A stretch of DNA of 64,000 bases from Enterobacterales bacterium (GCA_041556195.1 JBFFIY010000002.1:278-64277), one strand, 5' to 3'; positions 28,464 through 38,609 are shown, counted from the stretch's first letter. Notes: a model not told the origin generated them from the letters alone. Numbers and translations: made by a program.

Positions 28464-28775
28464 ATGATTGAATCAAGTTTAACTTATAATCTGGCACCGG
28501 GAGTTGATGAAGAAATATATTGGAGTCTCATCAAGCGCATAGTCACGGCATTAATAAAAGATAAAAAAATTATAGAATTTAGAGCCAGTCGAAATATGCT
28601 GGGAGAGCCAGCCCACAAAATTGCCATTAGTTGGGATCTCATGACACACTGGGCTGCTTTTACTCAGTCAGAAGAGTGGCAACTTCTTGAAAAACAACTT
28701 CGCAGTCTAACTACAGGCTTGAAAGTCGAAGTATGGACAGGATCAGACTACATGCCGGAACCTGTTCATCCTTGA
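28464..28775 (+). CDS. hypothetical protein (103 aa)
   Basis: ORF only. No motif recognised. Confidence 0.4.
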   Translation: MIESSLTYNLAPGVDEEIYWSLIKRIVTALIKDKKIIEFRASRNMLGEPAHKIAISWDLMTHWAAFTQSEEWQLLEKQLRSLTTGLKVEVWTGSDYMPEPVHP

Positions 28776-28780
28776 ATTTA

Positions 28781-30172
28781 TCACTTCCTCTTAGTTAACC
28801 TTACCTTGCACTGAAATTTAGTTTGGTTACATGGGAAGCTGATCTCCTCACTTTCTGAATTAAACAACATGGGTTCTTCAGTGTAAGGATTGGTGTATTT
28901 AGAATGTTTAATAACTTCTTCGACTGTTTTTTGTGGGTATTGCTTGATCTCTAATTGTAATTTTACCAAATTCAACAACCCTTTTAGATCATGCGTTCTT
29001 GCAATATACTTATCTCCATCAAACATTACTGCCCCAATAAGCCAATTGCCGTACATATTATAAGGATTTAGAAAATGCTTAAAAGACTCCCCGTCCCAGC
29101 CAAAACATGCAAGAGTAGAGTCTGCACCCTGTTTTTTGCAAGCTTGCATTTGCTTATAAAATTCCGTGGAGGATAACTGGCTCAGTTCAAGCATAACCTG
29201 AGTAAAATATTTATAATGATTGTTTTGTGTGGCATTTTTCTGCCAAAAGAACTGACTTAGCTGTACCTTCCAATCGGAGTTTTCAATACTGGAAGCAATC
29301 ATTCGATGTTCAGAGACAAAGGCTTCAGCAATACTCCACTTCTCATTCATTAATAAACTTAAATCCTCTGCTACTTGTATTTGCTCTACATGGCTTAGCT
29401 CCTCCTTAGCAATAACTTCTGAAAGAATTTGTAAATGATTCCTGATAGCACTTATGGCAATTAATTTGCTAATTAACATTTTTCCATCAATGAACATCAT
29501 ACGCCAAAAGTCTATATTGGTTTTAATCTGACTTAAGAATTCTGTCCTGTCGTTTTGATGATATGCGAGCGCTAATTTCAACCGACTTAATTTCATTAAT
29601 CCACCAAGAGGTGGAAGAGGTATCTCTGCACGTTGTTCTGTAGTTTCGACATAACGTGTTTTTTGCATAATTTCATCATAACGTTTCAATAATAATTGTA
29701 GGCGTTTATCCTGCACGGGATAAAGTGACAGTTGTTTATCCATTTTTTCTAAACAAGCTATTTCAAAACGTGAATCACAGCTAAGTGAGGTGTAAGTATT
29801 CCTCCAAGGTTCATCCAATCCTTTATTGTCCAATAATCCATCAATAAACCTGACCATTTTTGCGTAGGTTATTGGTTTTTTTGAATTTCGTTCTAAATTT
29901 AAACGATATCTCTCTGTTAAAGTTAGCCCCACTTCATGTGGTTGCACATTTTCTGCGGCAAAAAAGCCTGTCAGATAAAAATAAGCATTAGTTTCATCCT
30001 CTGGCACCTTCCATGGTTGTATTGTAGTAGTAATTTCTGGATTCAAGGTTTCATCAAAAATGGATAAATTGACAAGAACAGGAATAACAACAATGCCGCA
30101 GAACAATATAAGAAAAATAATACCAATGGTTTTAAAAGTTAATTTAATTGTCTTCATAATTTTTACCTGCAC
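28781..30172 (-). CDS. hypothetical membrane-anchored protein (463 aa)
   Basis: One N-terminal TM (IGIIFLILFCGIVVIPVLV), then a large helical-looking domain. Divergent from the ToxR/CadC-like regulator. Confidence 0.55.
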   Translation of the reverse strand: MQVKIMKTIKLTFKTIGIIFLILFCGIVVIPVLVNLSIFDETLNPEITTTIQPWKVPEDETNAYFYLTGFFAAENVQPHEVGLTLTERYRLNLERNSKKPITYAKMVRFIDGLLDNKGLDEPWRNTYTSLSCDSRFEIACLEKMDKQLSLYPVQDKRLQLLLKRYDEIMQKTRYVETTEQRAEIPLPPLGGLMKLSRLKLALAYHQNDRTEFLSQIKTNIDFWRMMFIDGKMLISKLIAISAIRNHLQILSEVIAKEELSHVEQIQVAEDLSLLMNEKWSIAEAFVSEHRMIASSIENSDWKVQLSQFFWQKNATQNNHYKYFTQVMLELSQLSSTEFYKQMQACKKQGADSTLACFGWDGESFKHFLNPYNMYGNWLIGAVMFDGDKYIARTHDLKGLLNLVKLQLEIKQYPQKTVEEVIKHSKYTNPYTEEPMLFNSESEEISFPCNQTKFQCKVRLTKRK

Positions 30173-30306
30173 AGATTTACCTAAACATATTCACAGCTTA
30201 GATTATCGTTCTAAAGATTAATTTTGACCTGAGGAAAACCTCGGGAAAACCTGAAAGGGCGGTTTTACCCCTTTTTTTGAGAGGTTTCAATGATAAACTC
30301 AGGCAC

Positions 30307-31221
30307 ATGAAATCAGCATCATCTTATAAAATCTATCTCTGTGGTGACCTCTACATCTATCCAGAACTGGGTCAGGCCAAAAGAGAAGAAGATACAATCC
30401 GGTTAGGCCCTGTTAATATGAAGGTGCTGACCACTTTACTTGATCGTTCAGGGGAACTTGTCAGTCGAACAGAGCTTTTTGAAACTGTCTGGAAAAATCA
30501 GATTGTCAATGACGACACTCTAACCCGCAGCATTTCTGACTTACGCAGCCAACTTGGAAAACTATCTAAACACTGTCAATTAATAGAAACCATTCCTAAG
30601 CGTGGTTATCGTTGGGTGACAGAGATTGAAATATTATCAGACAAACCTGAACAAAAATCATTATCTGAAAATCTTCCAAAAACCAGAAAACCCTCTATCC
30701 TACCAAGTACAAAAACCAAACAACGTCTACCAAAAAATCTATGGAACAAATTAAAAACTACCCTACAACTGTTATTGTTATTATTTATCTCTGTTTTGAC
30801 TGGTTCCTGGATTTTCAATCAACTGTTACAACCTGATTTACCTCAAATTGCCATCTTGCCCATACAAATCAGTACTGTGCCTTCATCCCTGACTGAGGCT
30901 GAAAATCGCATATCAACCATTATTGACGAAACCTTGCAAAATCAACTATTAAAAAATAAAACACTTAAAATACTCGCTAAAAGTCTCACTGCAGAAAAAG
31001 GCATTAAACCCTACCCCTACCTTTATCGTGAATATGGCATTCGCTGGATCATTGAAGGAAGAACAAAAATAAATGATGATGAAGTATACATCTACCTGGC
31101 TGTAGTAGATGCTCATACCGCTATGGTGCATCACGCCAAAATAAAACACATGAAAAACCACCCAGAGCAAATACAGAGATTTTGCTTAGAGTTTATCAAG
31201 GAAGTTATTACGCTAATTTAA
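30307..31221 (+). CDS. membrane-bound winged-helix transcriptional regulator (ToxR/CadC-like)
   Basis: OmpR/PhoB-type DNA-binding domain with no receiver (TRSISDLRSQLG..IETIPKRGYRW), central TM (LLLLFISVLTGSWIF), C-terminal periplasmic part. ATG 30307 preferred over TTG 30277. Confidence 0.7.
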   Translation: MKSASSYKIYLCGDLYIYPELGQAKREEDTIRLGPVNMKVLTTLLDRSGELVSRTELFETVWKNQIVNDDTLTRSISDLRSQLGKLSKHCQLIETIPKRGYRWVTEIEILSDKPEQKSLSENLPKTRKPSILPSTKTKQRLPKNLWNKLKTTLQLLLLLFISVLTGSWIFNQLLQPDLPQIAILPIQISTVPSSLTEAENRISTIIDETLQNQLLKNKTLKILAKSLTAEKGIKPYPYLYREYGIRWIIEGRTKINDDEVYIYLAVVDAHTAMVHHAKIKHMKNHPEQIQRFCLEFIKEVITLI

Positions 31222-31287
31222 CCTGGAAAAAGCTGTGAGTTACATACTTCAGAATGTGTGAAAATTTAAATACCTGGTTTCAACGGA

Positions 31288-31530
31288 TTACATTTCTTCA
31301 ACCCAATTTTCAAGCCGTAATCCACTTACCCGACTAAATTCATTCATATTATTTGATAATAAGATTAAACCCTGGCTTCTGGCATGTCCTGCGATCATCA
31401 TGTCGTACGCTCCAATTTTTTGACCAGCAGATTCAAGCTCAGCTTTAATTTGTCCAAATTGTCTGGCAGCACCATCGTCAAATGCAAGAATTTCAGTTAG
31501 ATACGATGGCAGGAAAAATACCCCTGCCAT
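31288..31530 (-). pseudogene. C-terminal remnant of a PIN-domain (VapC-type) toxin
   Basis: 80-aa ORF matches only the C-terminal half of VapC proteins (..FDDGAARQFGQIKAELESAGQKIGAYDMMIAGHARSQGLILLSNNMNEF..). The N-terminal acidic residues and the antitoxin gene are absent. Confidence 0.6.
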
Positions 31531-31541
31531 CCAGATCGTTG

Positions 31542-32921
31542 CTAGGCAATCGGCGCAAACCGTCCCTGAAAGAAGCGTAACATTTTGGGTTCATAGGTAA
31601 ACTTCAGGCCTTTCACCTTATCAGCATCTTTCATCACTTCAATCACACTCTCAGCCGTCACATCCATATGTGCCTGGGTGTAAACACGCCTTGGAATGGT
31701 TAGCCTAACCAGCTCGAGTTCAGGCATATAGTTTTCACCGGTTTCCTTATTTCTTCCTGCTGAGACTACACCTCGTTCCATGGCTCGAATACCAGATTCA
31801 ACATAAAGTGCTGCAGCCAGTGCCTGAGCAGGTAAATGTTCTTGTGGAATGTGAGGTAACATGACTTTGGCATCTAAGAAAATAGCATGACCACCAAAGG
31901 GTCTTACAATGGGAATTCCTCCGGTTACAAGCTGTTCTCCCAAATAAGCGATCTGGCCGATTCTTGCACGCATATGTTCATCTTGCACACTCTCAGTAAT
32001 ACCAATAGCCAATGCTTCCATATCTCTGCCGGCCATTCCACCGTAAGTATGCAACCCTTCATATACCACCACCAACTCACAGGCTTTCTCATAAAGACTT
32101 TCGTCATTCATTGCAAGAAAACCACCAATATTTACCATGGCATCTTTTTTGGACGACATGGTTGCCGCATGGGTTAATGCACAAAGTTCATAAACAATTT
32201 CTTTAACAGACTTATCTTGATATCCTGCTTCTCTTTCCTGAATAAAAAACGCATTTTCAGCAACACGAGTCATATCATGTACCAACAAAATCCCATGTTT
32301 ATCACACCAACTTCGTAGCTCCCTTAAATTTCCCATAGAAATCGGCTGACCGCCCGCCATGTTGACACAGGTGGCAATACAAATATAAGGAATTTTGCTG
32401 GCGCCAACTTTTTCAACCAACTGATTGAGTTTATTAAAATCTACATTGCCTTTAAAAGGATGTGTAGAGGCAGGATCATGTGCTTCATCAATAATAATAT
32501 CAACAAAGGTGCCGCCGGCTAATTCCTGATGAAGTCTGGTGGTGGTGAAATACATATTTCCCGGCACATAATCACCATCACTGATCAGGATCTTACTTAA
32601 AATATTTTCCGCACCACGACCCTGGTGTGTGGGTACCGTGTATTTGTAACTATAATACTCCTCAATGGTATCTCTTAAATGATAATAATTTCGGCTACCA
32701 GCATAGGATTCATCCCCCATCATAATACCAGCCCATTGACGATCACTCATTGCACCCACGCCAGAATCCGTGAGTAAATCAATATAAACATCTTCAGACT
32801 TTAGTAAAAAGGTATTGTAACCTGCTTCAACAATAGCAGCTTCTCGTTCCTCCTTTGTTGTCATTTTCAGGAGTTCAACCATTTTAATTTTATAGGGCTC
32901 TGCCCATGAACGCTTTACCAC
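31542..32921 (-). CDS. beta-eliminating lyase, tyrosine phenol-lyase/tryptophanase family (closer to Tpl by my recollection)
   Basis: 459 aa. Blocks DLLTDSGVGAMSDRQWAGIMMGDESYAGS, PTHQGRGAEN, GNMYFTTTR, SSKKDAMVNIGG (PLP Lys), RDMEALAIG, LRFF. GTG start with GAGGTG 5 nt upstream. Confidence 0.85.
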   Translation of the reverse strand: MVKRSWAEPYKIKMVELLKMTTKEEREAAIVEAGYNTFLLKSEDVYIDLLTDSGVGAMSDRQWAGIMMGDESYAGSRNYYHLRDTIEEYYSYKYTVPTHQGRGAENILSKILISDGDYVPGNMYFTTTRLHQELAGGTFVDIIIDEAHDPASTHPFKGNVDFNKLNQLVEKVGASKIPYICIATCVNMAGGQPISMGNLRELRSWCDKHGILLVHDMTRVAENAFFIQEREAGYQDKSVKEIVYELCALTHAATMSSKKDAMVNIGGFLAMNDESLYEKACELVVVYEGLHTYGGMAGRDMEALAIGITESVQDEHMRARIGQIAYLGEQLVTGGIPIVRPFGGHAIFLDAKVMLPHIPQEHLPAQALAAALYVESGIRAMERGVVSAGRNKETGENYMPELELVRLTIPRRVYTQAHMDVTAESVIEVMKDADKVKGLKFTYEPKMLRFFQGRFAPIA

Positions 32922-33019
32922 GTTATCACCTCATTCTTGATCATTGTTAAAATTGGATCATTGCTAAACCGGAAAATCTAAAGGGTCATGTGATCACAAG
33001 ACAATTTCCAGGTTGAAAA

Positions 33020-33079
33020 GTTAACTGTGGTAATTGATAACGGATTAGGGTGTTTCCAATACCACAGTGTTAACTGTGG
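33020..33079. promoter_or_regulatory. repeated GTTAACTGTGG motif (33020-33030 and 33069-33079); the second sits in the hairpin CCACAGTGTTAACTGTGG
   Basis: Read directly. 100-160 bp upstream of the lyase start codon (minus strand). Confidence 0.35.
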
Positions 33080-33355
33080 CATTTCATCCCTTATTGTTCA
33101 CTTAGAACAAAGAAGTGGCCAAGACTCATCTTTAGTTAACCTAAAAACGAGATTTCTATTAAAACAGATTTTATATTTTTATAAATGATCTGGATCAAAC
33201 CTGTGCAGATTTTCATCATCGTCTCCCAGATCACTCAAGAGTGATAATTGAAAAATTGTGATATACGTCACCTGAAGCATGTTCACTGCATCACCGCTTT
33301 TGAAGATGATAACCGTTATCATTGAATCAGGAATTTTTAATGTAAGGCGACTCCA

Positions 33356-33937
33356 ATGACAACGACACAATCAAATACTGCTAAAGATTTATGTTGGTCT
33401 TTAAAAGATCATCAAGCACCAGATCGCGCCTTTGCATTAATGAAAGCCATTGAAAATAAATTGGCAGTTTATTCAAGGAATGTCAATAAAATTTACACCA
33501 ATTACTCAGTACATCGTCCTGAATCAAAAGCTTCAGCCGGAATAGTTATACTTCCAAATTTTTCACAATATCATGACATGATGCATAATATTCCCGCAAA
33601 CGCTATCGAACCCACTGGTGTCAGAATTGTACCAGGGGCGGCTTTAGCAAGAGATGGTTTATATCTTACCGGTAAATTAAAAGGACATCATTCATCAAGT
33701 GCTCTACCCCTAAAAACTGGCGTTAAAGCTATGAAAATGGGCGCCTTTTGCGACGGACCTTTTTTACCTATTTTGCAATATGGAGATTTAAGAGAAATGG
33801 GTAAAAAACAAATTCCTTATTTACACCTTAATCGAATTCGATTAGATAAATTAAACGGTTTATCTCAGTTTGAATGTAAAGGAATTGCTCGAAACATTTT
33901 AGATAGTTTATCAACTCTGGCTACAGCTTCGTTTTAA
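33356..33937 (+). CDS. hypothetical protein (193 aa)
   Basis: ORF only. No motif recognised. Confidence 0.4.
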   Translation: MTTTQSNTAKDLCWSLKDHQAPDRAFALMKAIENKLAVYSRNVNKIYTNYSVHRPESKASAGIVILPNFSQYHDMMHNIPANAIEPTGVRIVPGAALARDGLYLTGKLKGHHSSSALPLKTGVKAMKMGAFCDGPFLPILQYGDLREMGKKQIPYLHLNRIRLDKLNGLSQFECKGIARNILDSLSTLATASF

Positions 33938-33969
33938 ATTTTTGACTGGCTATTTGATTAATGCTTAGA

Positions 33970-36021
33970 TTATCCAACGACTAAGGGTGGCATAGGGCAG
34001 TCTAAATAATCACACACCGTTCTTAATAATTCATACTCATTCACATCAATTTTTCCATCCATAATAACTGCATCAGCCAAGGCCTCTATTACAGATCTTT
34101 TTAACATAGGTTGCAATCGTGATAAACGTAATAATGCATTATGTACTTTCGGCGCATCAAAAGAATTTGTGTCTGTTTTTGGAATATCTCCAAGCGCAAA
34201 ACGGTTCATAATATTTTGATAATGAAGATTGGTTGACACTACATCTTGTTGTGAGGCATACAACATCGCAGATAATAAATAAGCGATATCCTGCTTAACT
34301 TTTTTAAGTTGTTTTATCTCCGCTGATCGCGAGGGTGTATTTAAACGAAGTTTTAGAAGTGCATAAATAATATATTCACTGATGTGGATCTGTTTATTAA
34401 ATTTAATAATAAACATAACCTCATCCCAAAACATTTTAGAATCTTTTTCTGCAACAGGTTGCAAGATAGGAATAACATGATTGAGCAAAGCAAGCCTGAT
34501 ATAACCTTTTAAAGGCAGTAACTGCGCCACCCAGGACTCTAGTTTATCCATTTCTTCATTTGAGAATTTTGCTCTTAGAGAATTTTTCAATTGTGGCCAA
34601 AATTCTGGCTCCGCATGGATCAACAAAGCAAAAATCATTAACTGTGCCGAACGAATTGAAGATTGGCTTTGTTGCCAAATTCCAGCGGGAATTTGTTTTA
34701 TTGTATTAGAGGCGCTTTGAACACTTTCAGCAGTGGGGTGACCAATAGAATTGATGAGCTCTTTCGCATGTAAATCTGCAGTTTGATAAGCCGAAGTCGA
34801 TTCGACTCGCGTTACTTCGATTGCACCATTTGTTTTATTAACGGCTGGTTTAAACCTGCCTGCGTTCTGCTCAGTCTGAACTCTATTTCCCTGAGATCCT
34901 CCCCCGGCAGAAAAGCCCACTGCCTGCTCTTTTCCCTGAATTAACTCCGTGACAGATTGCGAGTCAACAGAGCTGCTTGCCTTTGAGGGACGATAACTCG
35001 GCTTAAGGGCTCTAATTCGCTCATCTAGAGGCGGATGAGTTGCTAACCAACCACTTAATGATATTTTTACCGGTTGCTCAAAACACATATGACTGGTTTC
35101 TTCAGCATGAGCATTTGACAACAAACCATGAACCGTATTTTTTTTAATTTGAAGAAGCGCGTCAACAATACCATCTTTATTTCTGGTAAATTGCACTGAA
35201 GATGCGTCAGCTAAAAATTCTCGCTGGCGAGAAATTCCCGCTTTAATTAAACGCGCAAAAAACAATCCGACATAACCAATGACAAATAAACTGGCGCCCA
35301 GGATCATGATGACAAAAACAAATTGTCCTCCTTTTCCTTTAGAACCAGATGAACGCGAAAAGCTTCTGCTATGTCGACCATGATGAGAATAGGTAGTTAA
35401 GCGTAAGAAAAAGCCGCCCAATTGACCAACGGCTAATATACCAGCCAAAATACCAATCAGTTTGACATTAATACGCATATCCGCATTAAAAATATGGCTG
35501 AATTCATGGGCAACCACCCCTTGTAACTCATCTCGTGAGAATGTATCTAATGCACCCTTCGTCACCACCATAACCGTTTGAGATGGTTTTAATCCAGCAA
35601 CAAAAGCGTTAATACCCGATTCATTATCCATAATATATACAGCAGGAATTGGCATGCCAGAGGCAATGGACATTTCTTCAACCACATTAAGCAGCTGCCT
35701 CTCCTGTGTATTAGTAGTATCGAATTTTATTCTTCTTCCATTCATCATTTTAGCAACAGCATGACCACCATTACCCAGCTGAATAATACGGATCAGACTG
35801 ACACCACCAATCAGTAATACGATAGCTAATGTTGAAAACCAACTGTATTGATGTAACGGCCATTGTTGTAGTGGTATTTCAAACTGACCTGTTAAATTTC
35901 CAGCAAACCAAATCGCCAAATTTAACAAAATGATAATACAGAGAAAAGCCATAAAAAAATAAAACACCAATAATGAAGTATGGCGTTTGGCTTTATCCTG
36001 TAGTTCAAAAAAATCGGCCAT
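33970..36021 (-). CDS. M48 family zinc metalloprotease with long C-terminal extension
   Basis: 683 aa. N-terminal TM helices, HEFSH zinc motif (VAHEFSHIFN), further TM helices, then about 330 aa of unassigned helical domain. Downstream of lemA. Confidence 0.8.
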   Translation of the reverse strand: MADFFELQDKAKRHTSLLVFYFFMAFLCIIILLNLAIWFAGNLTGQFEIPLQQWPLHQYSWFSTLAIVLLIGGVSLIRIIQLGNGGHAVAKMMNGRRIKFDTTNTQERQLLNVVEEMSIASGMPIPAVYIMDNESGINAFVAGLKPSQTVMVVTKGALDTFSRDELQGVVAHEFSHIFNADMRINVKLIGILAGILAVGQLGGFFLRLTTYSHHGRHSRSFSRSSGSKGKGGQFVFVIMILGASLFVIGYVGLFFARLIKAGISRQREFLADASSVQFTRNKDGIVDALLQIKKNTVHGLLSNAHAEETSHMCFEQPVKISLSGWLATHPPLDERIRALKPSYRPSKASSSVDSQSVTELIQGKEQAVGFSAGGGSQGNRVQTEQNAGRFKPAVNKTNGAIEVTRVESTSAYQTADLHAKELINSIGHPTAESVQSASNTIKQIPAGIWQQSQSSIRSAQLMIFALLIHAEPEFWPQLKNSLRAKFSNEEMDKLESWVAQLLPLKGYIRLALLNHVIPILQPVAEKDSKMFWDEVMFIIKFNKQIHISEYIIYALLKLRLNTPSRSAEIKQLKKVKQDIAYLLSAMLYASQQDVVSTNLHYQNIMNRFALGDIPKTDTNSFDAPKVHNALLRLSRLQPMLKRSVIEALADAVIMDGKIDVNEYELLRTVCDYLDCPMPPLVVG

Positions 36022-36114
36022 AAAATTACTCTGAAGCTCCGGTTAAATCTATCCATTCATGAGCATTCAACCGGATTTTTAGCTAGTATAATAATGAAAG
36101 GAACATATCCCTAA

Positions 36115-36702
36115 TCAATCAAAAGAAACCTTAACAGGCTTGCGTACTTCCGGTTCCTCAATTTCAAATAACTCAGCTTCTTTAAATTGATAAGTATTGG
36201 CAATAAAACTATTAGGGAATTGTTCCCGGTAGGTATTATAAGTCATCACCGCATCATTAAATGCCTGACGGGAAAAAGCCACTTTATTTTCAGTAGAGGT
36301 TAATTGCTCCATCATCTGACTCATAGTTTCATTGGCTTTTAAGTCGGGATAACTTTCTGATAAAGCCATAAATTTTGTCATGGCTCCAGTTAATAAACCC
36401 TCCGCACCGGCAAGTGCCAATATCGCGTCAGGATCATCTGGATGGGCAGATGCAGCTTTGGTTGCAGTAACAGCCTGGTTACGAGCCTGTATTACCGCCT
36501 CAAGGGTTCCTTTTTCATGTTTCATATAAGCTTTTGCCGTCTCGATCAAATTAGGGATCAGATCGTGTCGGCGTGTCAGCTGTACATCAATTTGTGAAAA
36601 AGCATTTTTAAAACGATTTTTATAAGATACCAGCTTATTATAGATGGCTATAAAATAAAAAATAACCAGTAAAATAATACCCAGTGGAATTAAAAAGCCC
36701 AT
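36115..36702 (-). CDS. lemA: LemA family protein
   Basis: 195 aa, N-terminal TM. LemA-type blocks (QIDVQLTRRHDLIPNL, ENKVAFSRQAFNDAV, YN..REQFPN). Confidence 0.85.
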   Translation of the reverse strand: MGFLIPLGIILLVIFYFIAIYNKLVSYKNRFKNAFSQIDVQLTRRHDLIPNLIETAKAYMKHEKGTLEAVIQARNQAVTATKAASAHPDDPDAILALAGAEGLLTGAMTKFMALSESYPDLKANETMSQMMEQLTSTENKVAFSRQAFNDAVMTYNTYREQFPNSFIANTYQFKEAELFEIEEPEVRKPVKVSFD

Positions 36703-36935
36703 TAACTAGCCTCCTTTTTTAATGCATCAAACTCCTGATTTAAACTAAACTTTTTATCAGTAACGATCGCTTCCAAAACCTTTACTCTGGCTTCCAGATC
36801 GTCAACACGAGCTTGTTGATCTTCATGAGTTTCCTGGTTGGATTCCTGGTTAGTTTTTAGGCTAAGCCATTGTTTAACAACACCTGCACAAACCGAAATT
36901 AAAACAACTAGTACCACCATTTCAAAGACTTGCAT
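36702..36935 (-). CDS. small membrane protein with coiled-coil tail (PspB-like architecture)
   Basis: 77 aa, one TM then a charged helix (ARVDDLEARVKVLEAIV). Its stop overlaps the lemA start by 1 nt. Confidence 0.45.
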   Translation of the reverse strand: MQVFEMVVLVVLISVCAGVVKQWLSLKTNQESNQETHEDQQARVDDLEARVKVLEAIVTDKKFSLNQEFDALKKEAS

Positions 36936-37035
36936 AGTAAAAACCCCCTTAAGTTAAGTAATCAATATAGCATAGTTGAGCTTTGATGTCGTTTCTGCTC
37001 TTGTTAAAAATTGTGTAGTTATTTACAAATAACCA

Positions 37036-37065
37036 AATAAAAGCAGCTAATTCTAGCTGCCTTTT
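37036..37065 (-). terminator. intrinsic terminator after the M16 peptidase genes
   Basis: GCAGCTA-ATTC-TAGCTGC stem-loop. On the minus strand it is followed by a T-rich tract (TTTTATTT), 25 nt downstream of the stop at 37090. Confidence 0.6.
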
Positions 37066-37089
37066 TAAGGTGATTACACTATTTTAGAG

Positions 37090-38589
37090 TTAATCCAATG
37101 GCAAATTTTTCAACGTTAAAGGATCCCTCAGAGGTAGTCGTTTAAGTTTCAAACCAGCTACTTCCTCCAATGTTCCATGGGTTCCATCACCTTTTGCCAC
37201 TTCATCTAAGGCACCCACTACCAGAATTCTTAACTCTTCAGGTTTAAGATATTTTTTTGCCGCAGCTAAAATATCATCACTGGTTAAAGCATTAACTTTA
37301 GCTTCATAGGTCTGCCAATATTGATTATCTCTATGGTTTAATTTATCACTGGCAAAACGCTTCACATTGTTTTCAGCGCTACTAAATATATTACCCAGTG
37401 ATGAAATCACTCCCTGTTTAGCAATATCCAGTTCTTTTTCTGTTACTGGCTCCTGGCGAATTCGGTTAATTTCATCCAACACCAACTTCAAAGCATAGGC
37501 TACAGAACCATTTTTTGACTGATAATAAGCTCTCATCTGTCCATCGTAAAAAGCGGGTGTGGAAAAATAGCTTCCAGCTGAATACGCCAGGCCTTCATCA
37601 CTTCTTACTCGACTGGTTATGCGACTGGTAAAACCTCCACCACCAAGAATGTAGTTCATGACTTTTATCGCCAATTCGTCTTCTGAGCCCAGCCTTACGC
37701 TTGGGTGTCCAATGCTGACTCGGGATTGTGTCACGTCATCCTTTTTAATACCGTATAAACCAGGAGCTATAGGAGATATATCATCAGGTATAGCAGGCAA
37801 TTTTGATGCTGTTGGCAACTTGGCAATCAACTGATTTAATTTACTTACCATCGAATCGGTATCCACATCTCCGCTCACTGTAAAAATAAGATGCCCTGAT
37901 GCAAAAACCTGCCTGGTAAATTGATGTAACATCTCAGGAGAAATATTTTTAATTTGTTCTGCTGTAGCCATGCTTTCGGTAAAGAAATTTTCACCTCGTA
38001 TCATTCGGTCCCACACCCTTGGCTCAATAGTTCGAGTATCATCATTACGTCTTTTAATACGCTCTAATGCCTTGTTTTTCTGCACTTCAAGACGTTCTTT
38101 GTCAAAACTGGATTCTGTTAACATCTGAGTAAAAATATTTAAACTCTCATCAAGATTGGAAGTTAATGTGTCAATATAACCACCGCTGCTTACATCCTCT
38201 ATTTCAAAAGAAATATTGGTCGATATAAATGCCAGTTTTTCATCAACCTGCTCAGGCGTCATTGACCTGGTTCCACCGTCTCTTAACAAACTACTTAAAA
38301 CATAGGGAACAGCTAAATTTTCATCATTAGTTAAATACCAACCTGCTTTTGAGGTTACACCTATTTGAACCAATGGAAGACTGTGATCTTCTTGAATATA
38401 AAGTAGGTTACCACCGTCTAACTGTCTAAGAGATTTTTCATCAACAGGAATAGTTACGTGAAAAGGTTGGAATTTAAGGGCTTCCGGTCGAGCGGGAATA
38501 TTAGCGCTTTTTGTGATTGAACCAGGTATGTTTGCACAACCCGCCAACACTGCGACAGATAAGACACTTATTATTAATTTAATTTTCAT
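37090..38589 (-). CDS. M16 family peptidase-like lipoprotein (no HxxEH seen; probably the non-catalytic partner)
   Basis: 499 aa, lipobox VLAGC. Insulinase-like fold inferred from its pairing with the upstream M16 gene and from its length. Confidence 0.65.
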   Translation of the reverse strand: MKIKLIISVLSVAVLAGCANIPGSITKSANIPARPEALKFQPFHVTIPVDEKSLRQLDGGNLLYIQEDHSLPLVQIGVTSKAGWYLTNDENLAVPYVLSSLLRDGGTRSMTPEQVDEKLAFISTNISFEIEDVSSGGYIDTLTSNLDESLNIFTQMLTESSFDKERLEVQKNKALERIKRRNDDTRTIEPRVWDRMIRGENFFTESMATAEQIKNISPEMLHQFTRQVFASGHLIFTVSGDVDTDSMVSKLNQLIAKLPTASKLPAIPDDISPIAPGLYGIKKDDVTQSRVSIGHPSVRLGSEDELAIKVMNYILGGGGFTSRITSRVRSDEGLAYSAGSYFSTPAFYDGQMRAYYQSKNGSVAYALKLVLDEINRIRQEPVTEKELDIAKQGVISSLGNIFSSAENNVKRFASDKLNHRDNQYWQTYEAKVNALTSDDILAAAKKYLKPEELRILVVGALDEVAKGDGTHGTLEEVAGLKLKRLPLRDPLTLKNLPLD

Positions 38590-38609
38590 GATTTTTATTT
38601 CCTTATCCG

